From an uncultured Thermoleophilia bacterium (lineage in GTDB: Bacteria; Actinomycetota; Thermoleophilia; UBA2241), in NCBI GenBank assembly GCA_963777895.1, contig CAVZSF010000003.1, forward strand, positions 124,989-188,988: DNA of 64,000 bases, in the 5' to 3' direction. A program made the translations under genes and the position numbers. A model generated the notes under the pieces. The model was given only the letters and a program-made list of their open reading frames with translations, searched no databases and was not told the DNA's origin. Position 1 is the stretch's first letter, and each line of letters starts with the position of its first letter. Below are positions 20,051-29,266 of the stretch, piece after piece.

Positions 20051-21031
20051 GTGAGGTTGGCCATGGCAACGTCTGAACATCGTCTGCGGAAGCTTGCCGG
20101 CGTCGTCGCTGCTCCCGAGTTCGTCGTCCCCTGGCTCGACCGCATCTACGACCCCATCGAGATCGACCTGGTGTTCGCGCTGGCGGATGGACCGCTCTCG
20201 CGGGCAGCGCTGGCCGAGCGTCTCGGGCTTGCGCCGGCTGACCTCGCGCCGATCGTCTCGCGGGGCTACCGTCGTGCCGTCCTGGCCGGCGACGGCGACG
20301 AGCTCGCCGCCGACACCTTCTACGAGCGCTCCGCCATGTGGGCCCGCTCCGCGGGCCGCGGCAGCGTGCCGGACGACGTCCACAAAGCGCTCGCCGACTG
20401 GTGGCTCGACGCCTACGTCGACTCGGTGCGCGATGGTCTAGCGAAGCTCCAGGGCGGGGCCCCCGAGCCCGGCGGCGACGCCGACTACGCCTACCTTCTG
20501 CTCAGCGAGGCGGAAGAGATGGTGCGCCGCGAGGAGCACGTCTACCTGTGGCGCTGCGACTGCCGCACGCTCATGCGCGCCTGCGACCAGTCCGTGGACA
20601 ACTGCCTCCGCTTCCACAACGACCGCGACGTCGGGCTCGAGATCTCGAAGGAGCTCGCCATCGACATCCTGCGCGAAGCCGACGCCGCAGGGCTCATGCA
20701 CTGCGACTACGTCGGCTTCGGTGGGCCGACCGACCCGCACGCGATCTGCAACTGCTGCACAGACTGCTGCCAGCCCCAGCTCGCGTCGCAGCGTCTGGGG
20801 GTGAGCGACGTCTGGCCCCGGCGCCGGTACCTCGCGAGCGTGTCAGCAGACGCCTGCACTCTGTGCGGCACCTGCACCGAGCGATGCCCCTTCGGCGCCC
20901 TGAGCGTCGCGGCCACCGGCGCCGACGAGAGCCTCGTCCTTGCCGAGGATGAGTGCCGCGGCTGCGGCCTGTGCGCGACGACCTGTCTGGAAGCGGCCAT
21001 CCAGATGGTGGCGCGGCCCGGCGCGGCCTGA
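20051..21031 (+). CDS. Cys-rich iron-sulfur protein with two C-terminal 4Fe-4S ferredoxin motifs. Uncharacterised family; paralog of 22834..23796.
   Basis: CDCR…C…C, CNCCTDCC, then CTLCGTCTERCP and CRGCGLCATTC (CxxCxxCxxxCP-type). Confidence 0.6.
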   Translation: MRLAMATSEHRLRKLAGVVAAPEFVVPWLDRIYDPIEIDLVFALADGPLSRAALAERLGLAPADLAPIVSRGYRRAVLAGDGDELAADTFYERSAMWARSAGRGSVPDDVHKALADWWLDAYVDSVRDGLAKLQGGAPEPGGDADYAYLLLSEAEEMVRREEHVYLWRCDCRTLMRACDQSVDNCLRFHNDRDVGLEISKELAIDILREADAAGLMHCDYVGFGGPTDPHAICNCCTDCCQPQLASQRLGVSDVWPRRRYLASVSADACTLCGTCTERCPFGALSVAATGADESLVLAEDECRGCGLCATTCLEAAIQMVARPGAA

Positions 21032-21398
21032 GTGGCGCAGACACAAGGCGCGTGAGCGGCCATGGCCCGCCGCGCGGCCCGAGGGACGCAGACACCTCAC
21101 CCGCCGCGCGCGCCTGCTTGCCGACACCCGGGCGCGTGACTATCATCGAGAGTGCCGCACAGTCCCGAGGAGCGCCGCCATGCAGCCACTCATGAAGCCT
21201 CAGCCGCTCGGAGCGCTGGACTTCGTCATGCGCTGGCGCCCCAACTGTCACTGCTGGACAAGCGAGCCGCTCTTCCACGGCTAGACCCGGGCCGCGAGTC
21301 CGGCGTCGGCCCGACCGGCCGCCGCCCTCAGCCTCCGCGGCGCCAAGGTCCTGCACGGCGCCGCGCCTTCCCCTTCACCATGACGCCTGGGAGGCGCA

Positions 21399-22841
21399 GT
21401 GACAGACACCACCTCGAAAGTCGGCCGGCTGGCCTTTCTGAGCGAGGACGACAAGGGCCGCGTCTACGACGCCGCCCTGACGATCCTCGCCGACATCGGT
21501 ATGCGCGTGCATCACGACGAAGGCCGCGCGATCATGCTCGCGGCGGGCTGCACCCTGGACGACGACAAACGCGTGCACGTGCCCCGAGAGCTCGTCGCTC
21601 GGGCTCGCGAGACGGCGCCGGCGAGCTTCATTCTGCACGACAGGACCGGCGCTCCCGCCTTTACCGTCGGCGGCTACGCGGCCGTCTTCGGAACCGGCTC
21701 TGACCTCATGCATCTCTACGATCTGGAGAGCGGCGAGCGACGGCGCACGTCGCTCGCCGACGTCGCGACGTGCGCCCGTCTCTGCGACGCGCTCGACAAC
21801 ATCGACTTCGTCATGTCGAGCGCGTATCCGCACGAGGTCGAGTCGCACCGCGCGTACCTCGAGGAGTTCCGCGCGATGGTGCTCGGCACGACGAAGCCGC
21901 TCGTCATGACGGCCGAGGGCGGCCGCGACCTCGAGCGCATGTGGGCCGCCGCCTGCGAGCTGCGCGACGGCCCCGAGCAACTCCGCGCCCGACCGTACTT
22001 CGTCGTCTACGACCAGCCGAGCAGTCCGCTGGACCATCCGACGGACAGCGTCGACAAGCTGCTCTTCTGCGCCGACGCCGGCATCCCCGTGATCTACTCC
22101 CCCGCCCCCCTGGCCGGAGGCACCGCGCCGATCACCGTGGCCGGGCACGTGGCGCAAGGCGTCGCCGAGTCGCTTTTCGGGCTCGTGCTGCACCAGCTCC
22201 ACCGGGCGGGATCCCCGTTCCTCACGGGGATGGGCCCGGCCGTCCTCGACATGGCCACCGCCCAGTCCTCCTACAACGCCCCGGAGTACCTGCAGGCCTA
22301 CGCCTGCTTCGTGGAAATGGCGCGCTGGCTGGACCTGCCGAACTGGGGCTACGGCGGCACGACGGACGCGCAGCTCGTCGACGCGCAAGCCGGCATGGAG
22401 ATCGCCGAGCTGACGCTGCTCAGCATGCTGCTCGGCTCCAACCTCAACCACGACGTCGGCTACCTCGACTTCGGCATGACGGGGTCGCTCGAGCAGATCG
22501 TCATCGTCGACGAGTACATCGCCATGAACCGCCGCCTGCTCGGCGGCGTCGAGGTGAGCGACGACACCCTGGCCCTTAACGTCATCGCCGACATCGGTCC
22601 GGGCGGCGACGCGCTCAGCCACCGGCACACTGCCAAGCACCTGCGCACCGCACAGTGGCGGCCACGCATCCTCAACCGCAAGGGCCACGAACGCTGGATC
22701 GAGGACGGCGCGCCGGATCTCCGCGAAGCGGCCCGCCGGCGCGCCCTGCAGGTCCTCGACGCGCACGTCCCGGCGCCGCTCGACGAGCACGCCAGGACGC
22801 GCATCGACGAGATCGTCGAGGGGTTCCAGACAGATGGCTGA
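21399..22841 (+). CDS. MttB-superfamily methyltransferase with no internal amber codon (presumed non-pyrrolysine; quaternary-amine or methylamine:corrinoid methyltransferase family)
   Basis: 480 aa. GGGAGG before GTG. TMA-methyltransferase-family N-terminus (…YDAALTILADIGMRV…) and C-terminus (…DDTLALNVIADIGPGG…HRHTAKH…). No internal stop. Confidence 0.85.
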   Translation: MTDTTSKVGRLAFLSEDDKGRVYDAALTILADIGMRVHHDEGRAIMLAAGCTLDDDKRVHVPRELVARARETAPASFILHDRTGAPAFTVGGYAAVFGTGSDLMHLYDLESGERRRTSLADVATCARLCDALDNIDFVMSSAYPHEVESHRAYLEEFRAMVLGTTKPLVMTAEGGRDLERMWAAACELRDGPEQLRARPYFVVYDQPSSPLDHPTDSVDKLLFCADAGIPVIYSPAPLAGGTAPITVAGHVAQGVAESLFGLVLHQLHRAGSPFLTGMGPAVLDMATAQSSYNAPEYLQAYACFVEMARWLDLPNWGYGGTTDAQLVDAQAGMEIAELTLLSMLLGSNLNHDVGYLDFGMTGSLEQIVIVDEYIAMNRRLLGGVEVSDDTLALNVIADIGPGGDALSHRHTAKHLRTAQWRPRILNRKGHERWIEDGAPDLREAARRRALQVLDAHVPAPLDEHARTRIDEIVEGFQTDG

Positions 22842-23796
22842 GCGCCCGGCGGCAGTCCAGGGCTCGTGCAACGACCGCCTCGAGAAACGCCTCGAGAGAC
22901 TCGCGGCCATCGTGGGCGCGCCGCCCTTCATGCTCCCCTGGCTCGACCGCTTCTACGAGGAGACCGAGGTCGACCTCGCCTTCGAGGCCGCGGAAGGGCT
23001 GCTGCCGGGGACGCACCCGGAGGACGCGCTCAACCGGTCGTATCGCCGTGCGGTGCTCGACCGTGACGGGGAGGCCTGGTCGCCGGCGAGCTTCCATGCG
23101 CGCTACGAGCTGTGGGCCCTCTACGAAGACTGGCGCGACATCCCGCAGAGCGTGCGCGACGAGCTCAACGTGTGGGAGCTCGACGACTACCTCGTCGAGG
23201 TCGGTGACGGCATCGCCTCGGTGCGCGAGGGACGGAGCACCGAGGGCGACCAGCTGGACTACACCTTCCTGCTGCTCGAGGAGGCGGAGGAGCTGCTCCG
23301 CGCCCGTCCGGCGGTCTACCTCTGGCCCTGCAACTGCCGCGCCATGATGGGCCGGTGCGAGCACTCGCACGCGGTCTGCCTGCGCTTCGACAACAACCGC
23401 GGCATCGGCTGGGAGATAAGCCCGGAACGCGCCGTCCAGATCCTGCGCCAGGCAGATCACGAAGGGCTCGCGCACACCGCGTATCTCATGAGCACCCACG
23501 GTCACCACGGCATCTGCAACTGCTGCAGCGACTGCTGCTTTCCGATCCTCGCCGGCGAGAAGCTCGGAGCGGCCGACGTGTGGCCCGTGCGCCGCTATCT
23601 TGCCGTGATCGACGACGCCGAGTGCACACGATGCCGCCGCTGCGAGAAACGCTGCCCCTTCGGCGCCATCTCGTTCGGCGGGAAGGGAAGACCCATGCAG
23701 ATCGACCCTCACGTGTGCCGAGGCTGCGGCCTGTGCTCCACCGGCTGCGAAGAAGAATCGATCCTGATGGAAGCGCGGGCGCCTGTTCCGGCCTGA
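22834..23796 (+). CDS. Cys-rich iron-sulfur protein, paralog of 20051..21031. Translationally coupled to the upstream MttB-family gene.
   Basis: ATGGCTGA start/stop overlap with the MttB gene. Same Cys pattern as its paralog (CNCR…C, CNCCSDCC, CTRCRRCEKRCP, CRGCGLCSTGC). The N-terminal regions align with the paralog (…PWLDR.Y…DL.F…). Confidence 0.6.
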   Translation: MAERPAAVQGSCNDRLEKRLERLAAIVGAPPFMLPWLDRFYEETEVDLAFEAAEGLLPGTHPEDALNRSYRRAVLDRDGEAWSPASFHARYELWALYEDWRDIPQSVRDELNVWELDDYLVEVGDGIASVREGRSTEGDQLDYTFLLLEEAEELLRARPAVYLWPCNCRAMMGRCEHSHAVCLRFDNNRGIGWEISPERAVQILRQADHEGLAHTAYLMSTHGHHGICNCCSDCCFPILAGEKLGAADVWPVRRYLAVIDDAECTRCRRCEKRCPFGAISFGGKGRPMQIDPHVCRGCGLCSTGCEEESILMEARAPVPA

Positions 23797-23850
23797 GAGC
23801 GCCCGCAGGCCGCGGGGTCGCGACGTCGTGATGGCGGGTCAGAGAAAGAG

Positions 23851-23927
23851 TGGCGGGAGCGACGAGACTCGAACTCGCGACCTCCGGCGTGACAGGCCGG
23901 CGTTCTAACCAGCTGAACTACGCCCCC
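23851..23927 (-). tRNA. tRNA-Asp (anticodon GTC), CCA encoded
   Basis: Reverse complement: GGGGGCGTAGTTCAGCTGGTTAGAACGCCGGCCTGTCACGCCGGAGGTCGCGAGTTCGAGTCTCGTCGCTCCCGCCA. 7-bp acceptor, anticodon loop CTGTCAC, discriminator G73. Confidence 0.85.
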
Positions 23928-24009
23928 GCGACAGGGCGCCTGCGCACGGCCGGCGGCGCCGGCCCTCGCGGGCGGAACGGCAGTGTAGCACAGCGTCGAC
24001 AGGCCCACA

Positions 24010-24048
24010 AAGCGAGGCCGGCGGCGGCGACCACGGTCGCCGCCGCCG
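24010..24048 (-). terminator. Perfect 17-bp GC hairpin downstream of the CHRD-domain gene
   Basis: GGCCGGCGGCGGCGACC-ACG-GTCGCCGCCGCCGGCC. Confidence 0.5.
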
Positions 24049-24073
24049 GCCCGCGACGCTCAGCAGAAAGCTC

Positions 24074-24652
24074 TCAGCGCTTCCGTCCCAGATTGTCGCT
24101 CTGCATCACGATCTTGCCCGCCGCCACGGGCAGCAGGGCGTCGTACTTCCGCAACCCGTAGTAAGGCGTCTGCCAGTAGCCCCCGTGCACCATGACCACC
24201 CGGCGGGTCAGGTCCGTGCCGAAGGGGTCCAGCTGCGTCAGGGCCGAGCCCTGGTACACCGTGGTGAACACGTAGAACCGCATCGGGTTGGCCTTGGGAT
24301 ACGGCGTCAGCGCGAGCAGCACCGGTCCCGTGTACTTCACGGCCTCGTCGAGCTGAACGAAGCCGTCGTGGTCGGTGTCGGCAGCGTCGCCCGGAAGCAC
24401 CGCCGGCGTGCCGTCGGCGAAGCCGTGGATGTGCTGGGCATGCTGCTTTTGCGGCACGAGGCCGTATGCCCACACGCTCACCTTCAGCTGGCCGGGCAGC
24501 TTGGTGATCGCGACCATGCCCGTCACCCCCGAGCCGTTCAGCTCGGTGAGGGCGGCGCGATACCCCCTGACGACCCCTCGCGCCGAGGCCGTCCCTGCGA
24601 TGCCCAAAGCGAACACCGCGACGAGCACAACAAGTGCGATGACTCTCTTCAT
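24074..24652 (-). CDS. Secreted CHRD-domain-like protein
   Basis: Start at MKRVIALVVLVAVFALGIAGTASA (signal peptide). GSGVTGMVAI…HIHG segments resemble a CHRD domain. Confidence 0.45.
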   Translation of the reverse strand: MKRVIALVVLVAVFALGIAGTASARGVVRGYRAALTELNGSGVTGMVAITKLPGQLKVSVWAYGLVPQKQHAQHIHGFADGTPAVLPGDAADTDHDGFVQLDEAVKYTGPVLLALTPYPKANPMRFYVFTTVYQGSALTQLDPFGTDLTRRVVMVHGGYWQTPYYGLRKYDALLPVAAGKIVMQSDNLGRKR

Positions 24653-24751
24653 CCATACCCCCTTCGATGACCGGGATCCCCCCACCGCAGGACGCGGTGA
24701 AACCCCACACTACTCAGCCGTACCCAAGACAGTCAACGCATTGCGTGAGGA

Positions 24752-24767
24752 AGTTTGTATACAAACT
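24752..24767. promoter_or_regulatory. Perfect 16-bp AT-rich palindrome AGTTTGTATACAAACT, a candidate operator
   Basis: About 100 nt upstream of the CHRD gene start, in an otherwise GC-rich intergenic region. Confidence 0.35.
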
Positions 24768-25004
24768 GGAGAACGCTCGGCGCAGGAACGAGGGCGAACG
24801 CGCAAGGTCGATGAACCCGTCCACGAGGAAGGCCGATCGCCTCGCACGGCCTCGGCCGGAGCCGGCCCTACGTCGAGGCGCGGCGCGGCACTCCGTGCGG
24901 CAGCTGTGACCCGAGGAAGAGCGTGTGCTTACCCGAGGGCCGCTCTTCGACGGAAGCGCGACTTGCCCAGAGCGGGCACGTTCGCCGGCCCGAGGACGCG
25001 ACTT

Positions 25005-25814
25005 TCAGACGGTGACGGCCGGCAGCGTGACGACCACCGTCGTCCCCCTGCCGGTCTCACTCTCCAGCGTCACGGAGCCGCCCGCCTCCTCGACGAAGGC
25101 GCGCGTCACGGCCAGCCCCAGTCCTAGGCCCCGGTCCGGCAGTTCCCGGGCGGCCGCCCCTTGGTAGCCGAGGTCGAACACTTTCGGCAGCTCGTCGGCC
25201 GGGATCCCACAGCCGTTGTCCCTGATCTCGATGACGACGCAGCCGCCCTCGGCACCCGCAGCGGCCGTCACGATCCCGGCCGCCGGCGTGAACGTGCAGG
25301 CGTTGATCAGGATGTTGCGCACGGCGAGGCGCAGCCGGTGCGGATCGGCGAGGACGAAGAGGCGTCCGGTACCGGGCGACGCGTCGGGGCCCGACACGTC
25401 CACCTGCGGCGAGCCGTCGAGCTGCGCCGGCACCAGCCTCGCCAGCTCGCGGAGCAGCGGCACGACCTCGACGCTCTGGTCGGCAGGTGGGAGCCGCGCC
25501 ACCTCGAGCCATCCCGTCTCCACCAGGCTCGAGATCATGCCGCCCAAACGGGCAGCGTTCCGCTCGAGCATCGCGACGTAGTCGCGCTGGCGCGGCTCGA
25601 GCTCGCCGGCCGTGCCGTCGAGCAGCATGTCGAGCACCGGCTGCAGCACGGCGAGCGGCGTGCGCAGCTCGTGACGCACGAAGGACTGGGCCGTGGCCGC
25701 CCGCCCGCGGGCGTCGTCCTCGCCGCCCATCGCGGCCGGCGGACTCGTCTGGCCGCTGTCGCCTTCGCCGCCCGGTGTCGCCGGCGGAATCTGGCCATCG
25801 GGTGACATGGACAC
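25005..25814 (-). CDS. Soluble sensor histidine kinase (HisKA plus HATPase_c), no partner response regulator adjacent
   Basis: H-box FVRHELRTPL. N/G1/G2 boxes (…RNILINACTFT…, EIRDNGCGIP, GLGLGLAV). Confidence 0.75.
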   Translation of the reverse strand: MSMSPDGQIPPATPGGEGDSGQTSPPAAMGGEDDARGRAATAQSFVRHELRTPLAVLQPVLDMLLDGTAGELEPRQRDYVAMLERNAARLGGMISSLVETGWLEVARLPPADQSVEVVPLLRELARLVPAQLDGSPQVDVSGPDASPGTGRLFVLADPHRLRLAVRNILINACTFTPAAGIVTAAAGAEGGCVVIEIRDNGCGIPADELPKVFDLGYQGAAARELPDRGLGLGLAVTRAFVEEAGGSVTLESETGRGTTVVVTLPAVTV

Positions 25815-25986
25815 ACCCTATCGCACGATGAGGAGGTCATGGACGCGTGCTGCAACGGACCTGCGGGCGGTGCTGCGTGCGCACTGCCGGCGGCTCGTCG
25901 TTCGAGCAGCGCGAATGGGATGGCATGGACCGGTAGAGACGGAAGTCCGGGAGGTAGGGGCCGGGGGATCGCAGCGAGCGCCGGCG

Positions 25987-26061
25987 TGGTGGGCGATGTT
26001 GGATTTGAACCAACGACCCCCTGCTTGTAAGGCAGGTGCTCTTCCCCTGAGCTAATCGCCC
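25987..26061 (-). tRNA. tRNA-Val (anticodon TAC), CCA encoded
   Basis: Reverse complement: GGGCGATTAGCTCAGGGGAAGAGCACCTGCCTTACAAGCAGGGGGTCGTTGGTTCAAATCCAACATCGCCCACCA. Anticodon loop CTTACAA. Confidence 0.85.
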
Positions 26062-26151
26062 GCTCGTGAGCGTCGGCAGTATATACCTCTCGCTGTCGGG
26101 GTACGCTGGCGGCAGGATGAGTGGACATTCACGGAGGGCGACGGCGAGCAC

Positions 26152-27045
26152 GTGAGCCATCCGCCGGACGGCAAGCTCGTCGTCGAGCACATCGGCTTCG
26201 TCGCCCCACACCGTCCCCCACGGCGCACCGAGTCGCCGCCTGACGGGCGTGCGCACACGCGCGCCATCCTCACCGACGTTTCCTTTGTCGTCAGGGCCCA
26301 CCACGTGTTCACGGTGCTGGGGCCCTCGGGCTCGGGCAAGTCCACCCTACTGCGCATCATCAACCGCCTGATCGAGCCGACGGAGGGCAGCGTTCTGCTC
26401 GACGGCCGGCCGGTGTCCGAGCTCCCCGTGCAGACGTTGCGGCGGCGGGTCGGCATGGTCTTCCAGGCGCCCGCGCTCTTCGACGGCACGGTCATGGACA
26501 ACGTTCTGTACGGCCCGCGGCTCCGGGGCGCGATGAGCGCTGAGACGCCCGGTGCGGGGACGGCCGGCAGGAGGCGGGCCGGCGCGGGGCCGAGCGGCGC
26601 AGTGCGGACCCGCGCGGAGCAGGCCGGCGCGGCACGCGAGCGCTCCTGCGAGCTGCTGCGCCGCGTCGGCCTGCCAGACTCCTTCTGCGACAAGCCGGCC
26701 CACGAGCTTTCCGGAGGCGAGGCGCAGCGGGTCTGCCTGGCGCGCGCCCTCGCCAACGACCCCGAGGTCCTCCTGCTCGACGAACCGACCGCCTCGCTCG
26801 ATCCCACGGCGGCGCGCCACGTCGAGGAGTTGCTGGCGCGACTGGCCGGCGAGACCGACCTGACCTTCGTCTTCGTCACGCACGACCTGCACCAGGCGCG
26901 CCGCATCGGCGACCGCGGCCTGCTGCTGGTCGACGGGAGGGTCGTCGAAGAAGGTCCGTTGCCCGAGCTGCTCGACGACCCCGACGCCGAGGTCACGCGC
27001 CTCTTCGTCGAAGGCCGCCTCGGGTCGCAGGTCGCCCGAGGATGA
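26152..27045 (+). CDS. ABC transporter ATP-binding protein (FetA/YbbL-like)
   Basis: Walker [10 protein letters not shown], signature LSGGEAQR, Walker B LLLDEP. Unusual low-complexity insert between the Q-loop region and the signature motif. Confidence 0.75.
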   Translation: MSHPPDGKLVVEHIGFVAPHRPPRRTESPPDGRAHTRAILTDVSFVVRAHHVFTVLGPSGSGKSTLLRIINRLIEPTEGSVLLDGRPVSELPVQTLRRRVGMVFQAPALFDGTVMDNVLYGPRLRGAMSAETPGAGTAGRRRAGAGPSGAVRTRAEQAGAARERSCELLRRVGLPDSFCDKPAHELSGGEAQRVCLARALANDPEVLLLDEPTASLDPTAARHVEELLARLAGETDLTFVFVTHDLHQARRIGDRGLLLVDGRVVEEGPLPELLDDPDAEVTRLFVEGRLGSQVARG

Positions 27046-27144
27046 GGCCGCACTACCGGCGGACCAAGGCTCCGAGAGCCCGCCCAGCACGGAAGGGCCA
27101 TCCGCCGTCGCCGAAGCGGCGACGATACCCCAGGCGGAGAACGG

Positions 27145-27931
27145 TTGATGCCCATCGCCGCTCAGTTCACCTACTGGAACGTGGCTGCCGCGCTCGCCCT
27201 CCTGGCGATCGCCCTTCTGCTGTCCTGGCGGCAGGGCCTCGGCGTCGAACGTGACCTCGTCGTGGCCGCCGTCCGCTCGTTCGTCCAACTCATGGCGATC
27301 GGCTACGTGATCGACCTCATTTTCGGCACGGAGCACATCGCCTACGTCCTGCTCATGGTCGTGGCCATGGTGGTCTTCGCTGCGATCACGTCCGCCCGCC
27401 GCCTGCGAGACCTGCCGCGCTCCTGGCTCGTCATGCTCCTCGCCATCGGTGGCGCCGCCGCTGCTGACGCTCGTGATGATGCTCGTCCTCGACATCATCC
27501 CGAGCACGGCGCGCTACGTGATCCCGATCGCCGGCATGGTGATCGGCAACACCATGAACGTGGCCTCGGTGACGGGGCTCCGGCTCCTGGAGGACACGCA
27601 GGCACAACGGCCACGCATCGAGGCGGCCCTGGCCCTGGGGGCCAGCCCGAGCCAGGCGACGCACGGCATCGTCCGCGGGTCGGTGCGGCTCGCGATGGTG
27701 CCGGTCATAGACAGCACGAAGACGATGGGCATCGTCTTCCTGCCCGGGGCGATGACCGGCATGATCCTCGCCGGCGCCGACCCTCTCGAGGCCGTGCGCC
27801 TGCAGGTCGTCGTGATGTACATGCTGCTGGCGGCGGTCGCCATGACGGCTTCGGCCGTCGCCCTGCTCGTCCCGCGCGAGCTCTTCACGCCGCAGCAGCA
27901 GCTGCGACGCCTGGAGAGCGAAGGGACCTGA
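27145..27931 (+). CDS. ABC transporter permease (FetB/YbbM-family iron-export permease-like), with an apparent frameshift near 27450-27460
   Basis: The N-terminal half in frame 27145 (…LLAIGG) continues in the 27449 frame (APPLLTLVMMLVLDIIPSTARYVIPIAGMVIGNTMN…). A one-base change at GGTGGCG rejoins the frames. Confidence 0.65.
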
Positions 27932-28108
27932 GAGCCTCCGAGAAGGACATTGAAAGGCGCAGGGACCGTGGGGGGCGGGACTTGGGTGCGGTTGGAGAGG
28001 ACCTTGGGCGCCGTTGGAGCAGGCTGGGCGCCACGAGCCTCAAACGAAACGGGCGGGGCGGCGCTTCCGCGCCGCCCCGCCCGTTGTCCCCTCACGGGGT
28101 TGTGGGCC

Positions 28109-29257
28109 TCAGTTGTACACGGGCTGGATCTCGCGCCACGTACCGCCCACGACACGCACGTGCAGCGCCACGATCCTGTCGAGCGCGTACAGGACGCCCG
28201 GGTCGAACATGATGGTCTGGTCGCCCTTGAGGACCACGTCCCCCTTGGCGATCAACATACCGTGCACGACGAAGCCGCCGTTGTTCGTGAAGGGCCCGTC
28301 CGTGTAGATGAGGCCGTAGAAGTCGCCGTTGCCACCCACGGTCAGCCCCCCGCCGCCCTCGAGGATGAGGATGCCCGGGAGCTTGGGGAGAGCAATCGTT
28401 CCGGCGCCGTTCGTGGTGCCGTTCGGCAGGTTGCTCAGGCCGTTCGTCTTGATGTACGTGATCCCCTCGAGTGCCGAGTTTGCCCAGCTCGCCACGGAAG
28501 GGGTCGTGTACTTGTGGGTGGCGGAGTCCTTGAGGATGGCCAGCACGTCCGGAGACAGGATCGTATCGGCGGAGGGCGTGGAACTGCCCGTCTGGCCACT
28601 GACGTTCGTGTCCAGCACGTCACCCCACTGGCTCGCGGGCAGGAGCCCGCTCGTGCTGTAGAAGCCCCCGGCGACTTCGGCCACGGCGGGGTCACCCGTC
28701 GTCGCCACATCCGCCTTCCAGTTGTTGATGGTCACTGTGCCGGGCGTGTTCAGGGCCACGTTACGGCGCAGCAGCGGGCTGAGGTTCACCAACTGCAGCT
28801 GCGCTTGGACGCGCGAAGCGCTGTTCCCGACACCCGCCTGTGCCTCGACATACAGCAGGCCGTCCTTGTTGGCGTCATACGGCACGCCGTCGGCACGGGT
28901 GACCTGTCCGTCTTCGTTGGTGTCCGCGTTGTCGAAGTACACGACGCTCACGAACGGCCCCTTGCCGGTCTTGGGGTCCGGGAAGTCCGTCGTGCTGAAG
29001 CTGTTCCTGAACGCGGTCGTGTCGAAGGTCGGGGCGGTCGTCGTCGGCCACTTGGCCGGAGCGCTCAAGTCGTACATCACCCGGTCGAGCGCAGCCTCCG
29101 CCACGTTGAACGATTTCGCCCTGTTCCGGTCCGTGCGCGTGTTGCTCTGTGCGTTCACTACGAGGATCACGAGCGACGAAGCAAGGATGGCGAGCGCGGC
29201 GACGATGCCGATCACCAGCACCAGGCTCGCGCCTCTCTGTGACTTAGCTCTGCGCAT
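28109..29257 (-). CDS. Type IV pilus minor pilin / pilus assembly protein with a PilX-N-terminal-like domain
   Basis: N-terminal TM (GASLVLVIGIVAALAILASSLVILVV) followed by …RAKSFNVAEAALD, characteristic of PilX_N. Confidence 0.6.
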   Translation of the reverse strand: MRRAKSQRGASLVLVIGIVAALAILASSLVILVVNAQSNTRTDRNRAKSFNVAEAALDRVMYDLSAPAKWPTTTAPTFDTTAFRNSFSTTDFPDPKTGKGPFVSVVYFDNADTNEDGQVTRADGVPYDANKDGLLYVEAQAGVGNSASRVQAQLQLVNLSPLLRRNVALNTPGTVTINNWKADVATTGDPAVAEVAGGFYSTSGLLPASQWGDVLDTNVSGQTGSSTPSADTILSPDVLAILKDSATHKYTTPSVASWANSALEGITYIKTNGLSNLPNGTTNGAGTIALPKLPGILILEGGGGLTVGGNGDFYGLIYTDGPFTNNGGFVVHGMLIAKGDVVLKGDQTIMFDPGVLYALDRIVALHVRVVGGTWREIQPVYN

Positions 29258-29266
29258 GCTTGCCCC

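Noticed and set aside
26480-26660. Low-complexity Gly/Ala/Arg insert in the FetA-like ATPase as a separate feature or repeat
   Set aside because: It lies in the variable linker between the Q-loop and the signature motif. It is probably lineage-specific low complexity or a local indel artefact. No independent evidence.
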